A DNA stretch of 64,000 bases. Origin: Macrostomum lignano (Eukaryota). The position numbers were made by a program, and so were the translations under genes. Shown piece by piece: positions 1 through 14,248 of the stretch (its first letter is position 1; each line of letters opens with the position of its first letter). The stretch covers positions 124,001 through 188,000 of the forward strand of contig NIVC01000509.1 of the NCBI GenBank assembly GCA_002269645.1. The letters run 5' to 3'. Under the pieces are notes generated by a model. It was not told where the DNA came from and did no database searches. It was given only the letters and a program-made list of their open reading frames with translations.

Positions 1-840
1 CACATCGCCTAAATTTCACATCGCCTAAATTTCATATCGCCTAAATTTCACATCGCCTAAATTTCATATCGCCTAAATTTCACATCGCCTAAATTTCATA
101 TCGCCTAAATTTCATATCGCCTAAATTTCATATCACCTAAATTTCATAACGCCTAAAACCGAAAATGCATCCTACTTCATATCGCCTAAATTTCATATCG
201 CCTAAATTTCACAACGCCTAAAAATCTGCATGCTCTTTCATATCGCCAAAACTTCATATCGCCTAAATTTCACAACACCTAAAACTGAATGTGAAGGAGA
301 GAAGCAAAGATTTTAGGCGTTGTGAAATTTAGGCGATATGAAATTTAGGCGATATGAAGTAGGATGCATTTTCGGTTTTAGGCGTTGTGAAATTTAGGCG
401 ATATGAAATTTAGGCGATGTGAAGGAGGCTGCACTTTTGATTTTAGGCGTTGTGAAATTTAGGCGATATGAAATTTAGGCGTTGTGAAGGAGGCTGCATA
501 TATTTTAGGCGTTGTGAAATTCAGGCGATATGAAATTTAGGTGATGTGAAAGACCGTGCAAATATTTTAGGCGTTGTGAAATTTAGGCGATATGAAATTT
601 AGGCGTTGTGAAGGAGGCTGCATATATTTTAGGCGTTGTGAAATTCAGGCGATATGAAATTTAGGTGATGTGAAAGACCGTGCAAATATTTTAGGCGTTG
701 TGAAATTCAGGCGATATGAAATTTAGGTGATGTGAAAGACCGTGCAAATATTTTAGGCGTTGTGAAATTTAGGCAATATGAAATTTAGGCGTTGTGAAGT
801 GTGGTGGTTTTAGGCGTTGTGAAATTTAGGTCTTATGAAA
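1..840. repeat. 16-bp satellite (CACATCGCCTAAATTT) in two inverted blocks; foldback-like element, cut by the window edge
   Basis: Forward units at 1-~290 and reverse-complement units at ~310-840. About 141-236 and 309-400 form a near-perfect inverted pair that includes the unique linker AAAACCGAAAATGCATCCTAC. The right arm has ~60-bp higher-order units. Confidence 0.85.
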
Positions 841-1573
841 GCGTCCCGCTGAAATGACCGATAAGTTTAGAAGCCTAAGCTTGCAGGCGTAAACAACTTG
901 CTAATTCGTTCAGCAATAATGTACATTAGCCAGTCCACTGAAATGTACATGGCCGCTTTGGGCTGGAATTTCCGAGAAAGGCAATAAAAATTGGGGCGGG
1001 CGGGGTGGGGGTAGAGTGGAAAGAAAGGCGCGGTTGGAGGTTAAATGGGGGGTAAGAGCCAATAAATGAACCTTGGCTTTAAAATACATTAAAATGCTTC
1101 CGCTTAACTTACTACTGAACTGAAAGTAGCTTGCACGCAAATGTGCTGAGTGGCCCATCTAGTTATTCTAGAATCTACGGTCTGAACTATTCATAAAAAA
1201 GTAAGCGGATATACAATTTATACTACTAAATTAATCAAGTAGTAAGCAAGCTGATGATACACAGGAGGTATAGGACAGTAGTGAGTTTTATTTATTTGGT
1301 TATGACAGAAAAATAAAAAATAAAAAACAACTGCCGGCCACAAAAAATTCATGCATCCTTGCTTCAAGTATAAAAACAGAAAAATAATATTAACTTATAA
1401 CAAATATAATTTTTGACAGACAAGAATAACAAACCGTATTGGCTTGACCAAATTGATTAATTAATCAGTTGACTTCTGTTATAAAAGTCCAACACACAGA
1501 AATTGTTGTATTTATTGATTTCAAAACCAAGCCAAACAGCGATCGATGAATTGGTTTTGACTAACTTTCATCC

Positions 1574-4500
1574 TCAGGTGGCGATACCACGGGACTCAAC
1601 AATGCTCACCTTGGTGCGGCAGTAGAACGCGCCCCGGATTAAGAAACCAAAGGAGAGCGACATGAGGCCTGAGATGCGTAGGTGGGGGGGGGGGCATTGT
1701 GAAACAAATGATGTTAAATTGGGAGTCTTTTAATGACTGATATTTCTATTCTTTGTAATATTCAAAATCTCACCCTTACACCATCAAAATTTCACCATTA
1801 CCATACTAGAATCTCACCCTTACCACACTAGAATCTCACCCTTAGCATACTAGAATCTCACCCTTACCATACTAGAATCTCACCCTTACCATATTAGAAT
1901 CTCACCTTTACCATAGTAAAATCTCACCCTTACCATACTAGATTATTATTCTTACCATACTAGAATATCACCCTTACCCCATCAGAATCTCCCCTCTACC
2001 TCACCGGAATCTCACCCCTATCACACCAGAATCTCACCTCTACATCACCAGAATCCCCCCACCTAGCTTACCAGAATCTCCCCCCTACCACACCAGAATC
2101 TCACCCCTACATCAACATCTCCCCTTACCTCACCGGAATCTCACCCCTACACCATCAGAATCTCCCATCTACCTCACCGGAATCTCACCCCTATCCCACC
2201 AGTATCTCACCTTACCCACCAGAATCTCACCTCTACATCACCAGAATCCCCCCTACCTCACCAGAATCTCCCCCTAGCTTACCAGAATCTCCCCCCACCA
2301 CACCAGAATCTCACCCCTACCTCACCAGAATCTCACCCCTACCTCACAAGAATCTCACCCTACCACACCACACCAGAATATCACCCCTACCACACCACAC
2401 CAGAATCTCACCCCTACCTCACCAGAATCTCAGCCTCTCAATCTCACAAACTAGCATCTCACCCATCTTAAACCTTAAATCTCACCCATCAGACAACACC
2501 CAGCCGTAGAATCCCCATTCCCAAGGCTGAAAAGCAACAGATAGAATGGCAGCTCACCAACATAGAGTGCAAACAGGCCGCGGCTAGATGTCACAGCGGA
2601 ATTCCAGGTGAAGGCCATCACCAGTACGGCGGCGGTGAGCAAAGCCAGGCCGGTGCTGATACAAGCGATGGATCGGGTGCGCACGTAGTGCGGCCCAACT
2701 GAGCTCACCTTGCGGCACTGCGGGCATCGGGCTAGCGGACTGCTAGCCGGCTCTGGCACCGTAAATGCTGCGCCGCAATGGCCGCACAGGCACTGCACCT
2801 GGCCTGGCCCGGGGGAGAAGGCCACGTCTGCGCCTCGCTGCTGCTGCGGCTGAGGAGCGGTGGGTCAGGGGGCATTCATTTGCATTCTTAGGTATAGGGT
2901 CAGGGCGATTGCTGATATTGCTGAGGGGCGATTGATTGCTGATATTGCTCAGGGGGCGATTGCTGATATTGCTGAGGGGCGATTGCTGATATTGCTGAGG
3001 GGCGATTGATTGCTAATATTGCTGAGGGGCGATTACTGATATTGCTGAGGGGCGATTGCTGATATTGCTCAGGGGGCGATTGCTGATATTTCTGAGGGGC
3101 GATTGCTGATATTGCTGAGGGGCGATTGCTGATATTGCTGAGGGGGCGATTGCTGATATTTCTGAGGGGCGATTGCTGATATTGCTCAGGGGGCGATTGC
3201 TGATATTGCTCAGGGGGCGATTGCTGATATTGCTGAGGGGCGATTGCTGATATTGCTGAGGGGCGATTTCTGGTATTGCTGAGGGGCGATTGCTGATATT
3301 GCTGAGGGGCGATTGCTGATATTGCTGAGGGGCGATTTCTGGTATTGCTGAGGGGCGATTGCTGATATTGCTGAAGGGCGATTGATTGCTAATATTGCTG
3401 AGGGGCGATTGCTGATATTGCTGAGGGGCGATTGCTGATATTGCTGAGGGGCGATTTCTGGTATTGCTGAGGGGCGATTGCTGATATTGCTGAGGGGCGA
3501 TTTCTGGTATTGCTGAGGGGCGACTGCTGATATTGCTGAGGGGCGATTTCTGGTATTGCTGAGGGGCGATTGCTGATATTGTTGAGGGGCGATTGCTGAT
3601 ATTGCTGAGGGGCGATTGCTGATATTGCTGAGGGGCGATTGCTGATATTGCTGAGGGGCGATTGCTGATATTGCTGAGGGGCGATTGATTGCTAATATTG
3701 CTGAGGGGCGATTGCTGATATTGCTGAGGGGCGATTGCTGATATTGCTGAGGGGCGATTTCTGGTATTGCTGAGGGGCGATTGCTGATATTGCTGAGGGG
3801 CGATTGCTGATATTGCTGAGGGGGCGATTACTGATATTGCTGAGGGGCGATTGCTGATATTGCTCAGGGGGCGATTGCTGATATTTCTGAGGGGCGATTG
3901 CTGATATTGCTGAGGGGCGATTGCTGATATTGCTGAGGGGCGATTGCTGATATTGCTGAGGGGCGATTGCTGATATTGCTGAGGGGCGATTGCTGATATT
4001 GCTGAGGGGCGATTGCTGATATTGCTGAGGGGCGATTTCTGGTATTGCTGAGGGGCGATTGCTGATATTGCTGAGGGGCGATTGCTGATATTGCTGAGGG
4101 GCGATTGCTGATATTGCTGAGGGGCGATTGCTGATATTGCTGAGGGGCGATTGCTGATATTGCTGAGGGGCGATTGCTGATATTGCTGAGGGGCGATTGC
4201 TGATATTGCTGAGGGGCGATTGCTGATATTGCTGAGGGGCGATTGCTGATATTGCTGAGGGGCGATTGCTGATATTGCTGAGGGGCGATTGCTGATATTG
4301 CTGAGGGGCGATTGCTGATATTGCTGAGGGGCGATTGCTGATATTGCTGAGGGGCGATTGCTGATATTGCTGAGGGGCGATTGCTGATATTGCTGAGGGG
4401 CGATTGCTGATATTGCTGAGGGGCGATTGCTGATATTGCTGAGGGGCGATTGCTGATATTGCTGAGGGGCGATTGCTGATATTGCTGAGGGGCGATTGCT

Positions 4501-7500
4501 GATATTGCTGAGGGGCGATTGCTGATATTGCTGAGGGGCGATTGCTGATATTGCTGAGAGCGATTGCATGCTTAAGTCAGTCACTAATATGATATAATAG
4601 AAGAAAGATAAAAGGACAATAATGGAATAATACAAAACCGTTCTTAAAATAAATCCTTTAAAAAGCAGGCAGACAGGAAGGCACTGGGTGTGGCACAGAT
4701 GGCAAAAATAGTCATAGGAAAAAGCGGGCTTAAGACTTATTACAAGCTATTATAGAATGCTACAGGCTACGATAGTAAGAAAGAGCCATATGTAGACAGA
4801 GGCATCTACTTGAGAAGTGCTTCTTGTACTTGATTCCTACTAATGGCATGCTGAATTTTATAAAGTTTACTGTATTGATTATTTTGGCATTGTAAACATA
4901 GCTTTTATAATGATAAACGTTTACCAAGGGATAGATGGCGATTCCTAAGGAATAGATAGCGATTCTTAAAGGATAGATGGCGATTTCTAAAGGATAGATG
5001 GCGATTCCTAAGGGATAGATGGCGATTCCTAAGGGATAGATGGCGATTCATAAGGGATAGATGGCGATTTCTAAAGGATAGATGGCGATTTCTAAAGGAT
5101 AGATGGCGATTCCTAAGGGATAGATGGCGATTCCTAAGGGATAGATGGCGATTCATAAGGGATAGATGGCCATTCCTAAGGGATAGATGGCGATTCCTAA
5201 GGGATAGATGGCGATTCATAAGGGATAGATGGCGATTTCTAAAGGATAGATGGCGATTCCTAAGGGATAGATGGCGATTCCTAAGGGATAGATGGCGATT
5301 CCTAAGGGATAGATGGCGATTCCTAAGGGATAGATGGCGATTCCTAAGGGATAGATGGCGATTCCTAAGGGATAGATGGCGATTCATAAGGGATAGATGG
5401 CGATTCATAAGGGATAGATGGCGATTCCTAAGGGATAGATGGCGATTCCTAAGGGATAGATGGCGATTCCTAAGGGATAGATGGCGATTCCTAAGGGATA
5501 GATGGCGATTCCTAAGGGATAGATGGCGATTCCTAAGGGATAGATGGCGATTCCTAAGGGATAGATGGCGATTCCTAAGGGATAGATGGCGATTCCTAAG
5601 GGATAGATGGCGATTCCTAAGGGATAGATGGCGATTCCTAAGGGATAGATGGCGATTCCTAAGGGATAGATGGCGATTCATAAGGGATAGATGGCGATTC
5701 ATAAGGGATAGATGGCGATTTCTAAAGGATAGATGGCGATTCCTAAGGGATAGATGGCGATTCCTAAGGGATAGATGGCGATTCCTAAGGGATAGATGGC
5801 GATTCCTAAGGGATAGATGGCGATTCCTAAGGGATAGATGGCGATTCCTAAGGGATAGATGGCGATTTCTAAGGGATAGATGGCGATTCCTAAGGGATAG
5901 ATGGCGATTCCTAAGGGATAGATGGCGATTCCTAAGGGATAGATGGCGATTCCTAAGGGATAGATGGCGATTCCTAAGGGATAGATGGCGATTCCTAAGG
6001 GATAGATGGCGATTCCTAAGGGATAGATGGCGATTCCTAAGGGATAGATGGCGATTCCTAAGGGATAGATGGCGATTCCTAAGGGATAGATGGCGATTCC
6101 TAAGGGATAGATAGCGATTCCTAAGGGATAGATGGCGATTCATAAGGGATAGATGGCGATTCATAAGGGATAGATGGCGATTTCTAAAGGATAGATGGCG
6201 ATTCCTAAGGGATAGATGGCGATTCCTAAGGGATAGATGGCGATTCCTAAGGGATAGATGGCGATTCCTAAGGGATAGATGGCGATTCCTAAGGGATAGA
6301 TGGCGATTCCTAAGGGATAGATGGCGATTTCTAAGGGATAGATGGCGATTCCTAAGGGATAGATGGCGATTCCTAAGGGATAGATGGCGATTCCTAAGGG
6401 ATAGATGGCGATTCCTAAGGGATAGATGGCGATTCCTAAGGATAGATGGCGATTCCTAAGGGATAGATGGCGATTCCTAAGGGATAGATGGCGATTCCTA
6501 AGGGATAGATGGCGATTCCTAAGGGATAGATGGCGATTCCTAAGGGATAGATGGCGATTCCTAAGGGATAGATGGCGATTCCTAAGGGATAGATGGCGAT
6601 TCCTAAGGGATAGATGGCGATTCCTAAGGGATAGATGGCGATTCCTAAGGGATAGATGGCGATTCCTAAGGGATAGATGGCGATTCCCAAAGAATAGATG
6701 GTGATTCCTAAGGGATAGAAGGCGAATCCTAAAGGATAGATGGCGATTCCCAGCAATACAACTGAGTTCTTAGGATTAGAAGTAGATAGAAAACAGAAGA
6801 GAAAACATTTTACTAGGCTCAGTACTGTATTATCTGAACGAACCTGCGAATTGGTGCCATAGTCGGCATGGCTGCCCCCGCCAGTGCCGCCACCGCCAGT
6901 CAGGGTGATGATACGCTTGCAGTTCTCTCTTGGACAGGCAATCCGCCTACCAGTAGCTTTGCATATCAACAGGCAATTGCAGGCGCAGCGCACGTACTTC
7001 TTGCCTGGCGGGGCTGATTTAATCGGTGTAGCCTCGCCGCACTGCTGGCATTTGACAACGTGCTGATTGTATTTGCCTTCTAGGCTGATCACTGAGCTGC
7101 ATATCTGACAGTTGATTGTGGTGAAACCTGGCGATGTTGGCGTCACAGTCACTGACACGGCCGTTTCTGCGAGGATAGGGTTGAGTAAAATAAAGCAGAG
7201 CAGCTCAGTGATAAATGCGTTTGAAATCTGGTAAGTTACAAAAATGATCGCCCAAAAAACATGCACGTAGTACTAATTAGATGACGAAGCATTCAGCCTT
7301 AATAATACAGTCATAGATACTCATGCCGTTTACCTAGAATTATGTGTTAATTTTTGCCTAGGTTTCTTTTATTTTTGGTTTAGTCAAAAGGTAAGTTGCG
7401 AGGCCAGTGCAAGTCAGGGTTGTTGCGCATGTATGTGTGAGCATGTGTACATGCTCAAGAATCAGTGTAATAGGCAGAATTGCTATCTGGCAAGCTGGTG

Positions 7501-8831
7501 AGGGGTCCAGCCAAGGTAAGTTGCAAAAATGCCCACCTAAATAAATCTGTCTGACTGGTTGTTGTGGCATTGCCAAAAGCACTGCACCAGGATGCCCACA
7601 GTTCTCTTGCAAATATTCATTTTCTAGCATTATAACCTATTTTTGTAACATAAGTATCATAGTTTTTCTGAAAAGATGACATAAATTGAAATTCCAATGA
7701 AAATCAATAGGATTAAATATTTTTGAAGATCCCTTTTTTGACAAAGCTTTTTCCCTCTCTTTTCCTATTTAAAAGTCTGTTTATTCAGTGCAAAGTTATT
7801 CATTTGCAAAAAACAAACTTCTTGCTAAAAATTGCCTTGTAAATTGATATTAGCAAGTGAAATAGATCAATTTAGATCAGATGGTTTTAAGCATATTGTT
7901 TTCTATTCATCATAGAAAGTTATTTCAAGGCAGTTAAGCTATATTGTTTATGTTGTTATATTTCTATCTCAAGATTCATTAGAATAACCTAAAACTGTCA
8001 CTAAAATGACTATTTCCAAAATGTCCTATTGCCCCTATAATCAAGTCAAAAAGATGGTTTTTTCCACTAAAAATTCAAGCTAGGGCAAATTTAGCCTAAA
8101 GTAAAGAAAAGCAAGGCAAGGCAAGGCAGGTCAGGCAAATCAGAGCAAGGCAGGGGCAAGTGGGACTAAGTAGGGGACAAAGTATAATATGCCATAGTTT
8201 GGAAGATGACATGTATACTGAGACTTCCCAGCATACAACAAGGGTACATGCCTTTTTTAGCATACATCAGCATATATCTCAGCAGATATGACATAATAGA
8301 AATTTTTTGCTTATATCTATGGCATACTTGCATATATGTTAGGATCAAATAAAGTGACTATATAAAATAGGCTATATGAAATACTATCAACATGGAATAA
8401 GGGATAATAAAAGATAAGTTTAAACTTTGAACCATAAAAAACTTATTTTTCCTTAATTTTAGCAAAAAATATTTAAAGTTCTTTTTTATAATTGTCTTTT
8501 CTCAGTACACATTGCAAAAGTCCATAATTTTTAAGTTTGTTACTCAGGATGAATAATGAATTCAAGAATGAAAAAACATATAACTTTAGCATATATAGTT
8601 GAAAACATTTTTAGTCTATTGGCATACATTGGCATACATAAGCTAATTAACAAAGCAGTCTTCATTCTAGCATACACCAGTACATAATCCTGACCCTGGT
8701 ATTGAGACTGATTTTGAGTCTTGAGTTTCAAAACGCATTGCATTTAGCTACAACAAAAACTTACCAGTAGCTTCATGCTGATGTGTCTGGGATGCATGGG
8801 ATTGAGGGATTAGGCTTTCTTTTTCAGCCAT
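1574..8831 (-). CDS. TMEM55: TMEM55/PIP4P-family lysosomal membrane protein (PI(4,5)P2 4-phosphatase-like), 258 aa
   Basis: Exons 8831-8765, 7166-6844, 2849-2558 and 1668-1574 join in frame at GT-AG sites. N-terminal MAEKESLI fits the [DE]xxxL[LI] dileucine motif. Cys-rich repeats ([38 protein letters not shown]) and two C-terminal TM helices are present. Length matches the family. Confidence 0.92.
1790..2465. repeat. ~22-bp minisatellite (CTAGAATCTCACCCTTACCATA and variants) in TMEM55 intron 3
   Basis: Degenerate tandem units visible directly. Confidence 0.9.
2905..4560. repeat. 23-bp minisatellite (TTGCTGATATTGCTGAGGGGCGA) in TMEM55 intron 2
   Basis: Highly homogeneous array; explains the spurious 540-aa ORF. 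Confidence 0.97.
4925..6750. repeat. 21-bp minisatellite (GATTCCTAAGGGATAGATGGC) in TMEM55 intron 2
   Basis: Near-perfect array; explains the spurious LRNRHLS and RFLRDRW ORFs. Confidence 0.97.
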
Positions 8832-11800
8832 TAATATACTTTTGTTTAGACTTTAGTAGGGACAGGCGGTCAACTTTTTTACTTAAAATCTACTAAGTAG
8901 ATTTATAGTATAATTTTCAGACAAGGTACCCAAATTATTCTAGACCAGATTTCAAAACCACTAATACAGTAATAGGCCTAATGCTGAAAAACAACTTCGA
9001 AAAACCAAAGCGCAAGACTAAAGTGATAAAACAACGATTTTTTGCAATGCGCTTCTTTAAATTCTAAAAATTTAAGGCGCGTTAACACCGTTTCTGTCCA
9101 ACTGCAGCGAGACTGCGAATAGTATAGCGGTAGTAACTCGCAGTGACTACTTTAAATCGGATAAATTACTGGGTCGTTCTCAAAGCTAGGTCACAACTTT
9201 TTGTTATTGCAAAAAAAGTTTATACATCGACCAATAATCGTACAAAAAAAATTATTTCGACAATTTCTGTAAGAAGCTGCTACTAAAACCACAAGAAAAC
9301 TTGAAATTGAGAAGAAATCAAGGCTATTTGTTATTCTTTGTTGCGGAAAATAAACGACAAAAATATTAAAGAGAAAATAAAATTTTCTTCTATTTTTATT
9401 TTAAATATGCAGTTAAATTTCTTTTGCAAAAATAAAAGAACAAGAAATTGACAAAGGAAATGTTTTTGAGCACAGCATTTTGTTACTCTGCTCTAAATCC
9501 CAGACATTTAAAATTATCGTGTGCGAAAAAGTGCGAAATTATTATAGCATGCACTCGAAAGGACTTCGATCAGTTTAACTAATCACTGAATTAAGAAGTC
9601 TAAATAAGTCTTGAAAGGTTGAATTAAAAATCAAGTTTTCACTATGTATCTTTTCAAAGTCAAGATGATTCGACAAATAAAGAATGTTCATTTTTACGGT
9701 GAATAAATAGAATTGTTCATTTTTACATTAAATATAATAAAATCTAACTAATAATAGAAAAAGTCAGGGAACTATCCTTGAACACCAAAAAGCACATTGT
9801 GGATTTAATATCAACTGCATGTTCCTTAATAAAGGAATTCGGATTCTAGTATATATTTGATTATTTGTAGCAATTTCTGAAAACTATAACTTGCTTTATT
9901 TTACTTTAAGTACTTATTACATTAATACTTATACCAAAGCTACATGTACTTAAAATAAAAAATTATAGTTACTTATTAGACATTTTACTCCAACTTAAAA
10001 TAATTCAAATTTATTTTAATTAATTCATTTTTTGAAACTTTTTGGAAAATAGACAAAATTGAATTATTTAATTACCAAAAACCTACTAGCTTAACTAAAA
10101 TAGCAATTAGTCTTTAAGAAAAGATTTCACTTGTTAATTGAGAAAAATGAGGATGTGCGAGGTGTAAAAATGCGAAAGAGCATGCAGGAAACAGAGACAA
10201 ACAAAAATGTAGGTAAAAGACACTGCACATGCACATAATATGATAACCAGACATAATGCGCACACTGAAACACCAGTAGCAATGACGCCCAAGCTTTTGA
10301 TGATCACAAGCGAAAAGGCAAAACCCAGCCATCAATCAAAGAAGTAGACTTTAGCACGCATCTTGAGTGCATCACGCATTTTTTGCAGAGAAGCTTGAAA
10401 ATTAACATTGTATTCTGTGCACAACCACCAACTGCGACAGGGTCTGCCGGGGGATTTGTGGGCACGCGGTCGAGGATACAAATCGGAGGAGTCGCTGACC
10501 ATTCTGAAATTACTAGCTAGTACATGTAATTTTGTGTATTAATATATTTAGCCCGCTTTATTTCTATGCTCTCGTCCGCCTCTCGTTAATGCATCCCAGA
10601 CTCTTGCAATAATCAAACTTATGATCGACCTATGCATGGCTTCCGTCCCTCGCTTTGAATCTCTCACCTCCCCATAGTTCCATCAACCTTACCTTAGTGG
10701 CTTCCTATGCAAAAATCATCCCTCCGCATCTTACACAGGCTACTTCAGGCTGTAGACTGTACTACACTTTTACTTCAGTAATTAGTTGCGCTATAAGGAA
10801 TCTACATGTATTTTGCTCGCAGCGCAGCGCGCTGCTCAAAGAAGTTTAGTTCTATCTAGATATTCTAGTAATTTCAGGTTTGTCCATAGACTAGAGCTCA
10901 TGAGATGAGAATTCCATTAACTAGTACATTTAATATGAATGAACTAATTGGGTGACAAGGTACTGACTCATCAAAGTAAGCAGTAATACAGTTTACTGTC
11001 TTTTACCCATAAAGTTCCTGTGGACAAAAATCATCTATCATAGTTAAGAATCATGCGGATATCGTGCTTTTCTTCTGAGTTTATTATCTGTTGCGTTTTT
11101 CTCTGCTTTCAAGACTTCTAAAAGGAGGTAAACATGGAATTGAAAAACTGTAATAGAGATAACGTAATGCCATGTCTAAGTCTGCTTAAAGTTAGTAGGA
11201 TATCTATATTAAAACCCGTTATTAATCTACTATATTGCCTGATTTGTGTACAAGTCATATTTTATTAAGACTTGTACATAATTGCTATCATCGATTTTGT
11301 TATCTAAATCTTAACCCTTCCTTATAATCCATATCTAGTCTAGTAGGCCTTTTTGACTATGAGAAAAGAAATATACGCCTTGAATGTACGCCTATTTTGT
11401 TAGTTTTTGTCTTCTATCTGTTTATTTAACCTATCCTTGCCCTGATGCTGACAGGTGCGCTTTGAGTGCTGATTCTGTTAAAATATTGTGGAGCTTTCAT
11501 CCTCTCCCAGATGCACGAATCAAAGGGTTTCAGTTTGTGTTTTATTAATTATTAATCAAGCACTCATTGTGTGCCAAAGAAATCGATTCAAACCTCGATA
11601 ATAAACTGAATCCTGTTTATATCCCCGAAACCTTGTCACACCGGTTGTAACTGGCCATCGTTTTTGCGGTTGCAATTACTAAACAAATGAATGTTAATGT
11701 TATTACAGATGTCTGTTTGCATTCAACACCATTATGCGTTAATCTATGCTGTAGCTTGTCAACTAGATACAATATATAATAGATTTAGTTTGTTGCTTAT

Positions 11801-12636
11801 TTGCCTTAAAGTGCACTGTGCATTGATCACCATTTTTGTTGAACCTTGTGAATACACACAAAACACACTAGCAGTGATCAGGTTGCTGTTGTTTGTGACT
11901 TAATTAACCAACAACTAATCCTTTAATTTACATAACCTTTCCACTAATTCTGTTGTCAATAGCCGCGCTCAATATATTGTATTAAAAGGTGTGTACCTTG
12001 TTTTGTCTACAGAATCAAGTAGCCAAACAACCTTAATAAATATGGATAGACATGGGCGAAACGATTTTCTTTTTAGTAAATGCACTTGTTGGCCTAGTTT
12101 ATCTGGTAGCTTCTTCTTTACCGATATGTTCATCTTGTGCATCGATGGAAGTGTTCAAATAAAATAACCGGATTGATTTTTGTGGTAACTGTTTTGGTGA
12201 AGTTTATTCCTTCAGTTCATCATCACTGTATTCTTCTTCACTTTGTCATTTTTATTGTCTTAACTAGCGGTAAAATTGACACCTTGCCAACAATCTGATA
12301 GATTGATTCTACGGCTGATTTGACACCGTACTGTCCGTATTAAAGTCACACCAACTAGGATAATCCAACAAATATCTAATTCAGAAATCTGAATGAACTT
12401 AAGAATCCAAATAATAGATAGATTAACACAAGTGAACCCCGTCGAAGAGAAATAATATTCCAAATCGAAATAATATAGAAATAATTAGAAATAATATACT
12501 AGATTCCAGCCCAGTAAAGACTTTAATACAGCCCTAGAAGCAGCCGATTTTTACAGCTATTAGGATGAGTTGTTTGTTGCGTACCCTGCACTCATAGAAT
12601 AATTTTTATTCGTTAACCATTGCAGCAAATATAGTC

Positions 12637-13584
12637 ATGTCTCTATCTGGAAAGGTCTGTCTAGTCACAGGCGCCACTCGCGGTATCGGCAAAGGCATCG
12701 CCCTGCAGCTGGGCGAGGCCGGTGCCACGGTGTACATCACTGACCGAACGATGGACCCGAAGCCAGGTGCTGCAGTTGGCGGTAGCATCAAAGAAACCAT
12801 TGCAGAGATTGAAGCCAGAGGCGGTCGAGCTATTGGTGTTCAGTGCGATCACAAGAAGGACGAGGATGTGAAGCGGTTGTTTGAGCAGATTCAGCAAGAG
12901 CAAAATGGTCGTCTGGACTTGCTGGTTAACAATGCTTATTCGGCTGTGTCTTACATTTTTGAATCGATAGGCAAGAAGTTCTGGGAGCTGGACGTGTCAG
13001 CTTGGGACGAGGTGAACAATGTAGGCTTGCGCAATCACTACATCTGCTCTGTGTACGCCTCTCGCATGATGGTAGAGCGGGGCACGGGTCTTATTGTTAA
13101 CATCTCCTCAGCTGGCGGATTGCGCTACCTGTTTAACGTGCCCTACGGTGTAGGAAAGGCGGCTGTAGATCGTCTGGCAGGCGATATGGCCGTTGAGTTG
13201 AAGTCCCGAGGCGTGGCCGCCGTCAGTCTGTGGCCCGGCGCTGTTCAAACCGAAGAGATCATGTCTAATCTGTCAAATATGCCGCCGCAGCAGCGTCGAG
13301 TGTTTGAGCAAGGCGAGACTGTCGAGTTTTCTGGAAAAGCCATTGTTGCATTGGCTTCTACACCTGTGAGCAGCTTGTTAAAGGACAAGACTGGCCGAGT
13401 GCTGCTGACTGGCGACCTTGCCGACGAGTACTGCCTGCGCGACGCTGGCAATCGTCAGGTGCTCAGCATGCGCTCGCTAAAATTCATGCTATCCCACGCG
13501 GGTTATTCGTGGCTGGCCGGTTTTGTACCAACCTTTGTGAAAGTGCCGCGGTTCTGTCTGGCTCTGTTTGGAAGCCGGTTCTAG
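12637..13584 (+). CDS. DHRS1: Dehydrogenase/reductase SDR family member 1-like, 315 aa, intronless
   Basis: TGATRGIGKG Rossmann motif, LLVNNA, NISS, catalytic YGVGK, and the DHRS1-typical NNVGLRNHYICSVYA and SLWPGAVQTE segments. Confidence 0.92.
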   Translation: MSLSGKVCLVTGATRGIGKGIALQLGEAGATVYITDRTMDPKPGAAVGGSIKETIAEIEARGGRAIGVQCDHKKDEDVKRLFEQIQQEQNGRLDLLVNNAYSAVSYIFESIGKKFWELDVSAWDEVNNVGLRNHYICSVYASRMMVERGTGLIVNISSAGGLRYLFNVPYGVGKAAVDRLAGDMAVELKSRGVAAVSLWPGAVQTEEIMSNLSNMPPQQRRVFEQGETVEFSGKAIVALASTPVSSLLKDKTGRVLLTGDLADEYCLRDAGNRQVLSMRSLKFMLSHAGYSWLAGFVPTFVKVPRFCLALFGSRF

Positions 13585-14248
13585 TTACTAATCTCTAAGC
13601 CGACTCCATTTACTTACTTGTCTGTCTGATTCAACTAGTTGAAATTGATTAAACTCTGATTTAAATTTATTTTGAAAGGTAAACTTTGGTTCCGCAAATG
13701 CGCCTCGTATAGGTATTCTTATTTTACACTGATTGTATCTGTTGATACGAAGTAAATTTAGCTAACGCACATCATCCCCTCTTAAGATTTAGCCATTTCA
13801 AGTTATTATTCAAAACGTAACTAGTTTGTACGCTCGATAACAGAAGTGCAAGAATAACAATCAGTTACTTTAATAAAAATCATAATTACTCCGCTGATAT
13901 ATACTTTGCGTCTCTTAGATAAATGCTTATTTGCTTTTTTAAAATTCGACTCTACAACTAAAGCATTCGCTTGATTGATGTATTTTCTGCTCATCTTTGA
14001 CGCACTTGCGTGTGAAGTTTTCTTAAATTTATCATAAATGAATTGTGTAACAATATAATTGTACCGGTGCGGTCTAGATTCATCCCTACTTTAGTAGCGT
14101 TATTGTATTCTTTAGCTTGTTGGTTAATTTCTGTTATATAAATAAGCTGCATCTACCAAATTATTTTTACGTTTGATTACATTTGTCACTAATTTGAAAG
14201 AATCACTTTTCTTCTTTGCAGCCAAAGGCGAACCAAACAGGTTTCATT

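Noticed and set aside
310-840. CRISPR-like constant repeats with variable linkers
   Set aside because: Linkers are short (9-17 nt), recurrent and related to each other; the repeat is itself a 16-bp satellite; the context is eukaryotic with no cas genes.
3013-6704. Long ORFs of 540, 419 and 92 aa
   Set aside because: These are translations of intronic 23-bp and 21-bp minisatellites on a stop-free frame.
11455-11548. Acceptor followed by LSADSVKILWSFHPLPDARIKGFQFVFY, resembling FN3 strands
   Set aside because: Ends in an in-frame stop, with no donor and no partner exons found.
10380-12420. Scattered motifs resembling LINE endonuclease (NGQRLLRF at ~10490; IILVG..DFN at ~12340, minus strand)
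   Set aside because: Too short and interrupted to support. They may be decayed retroelement debris.
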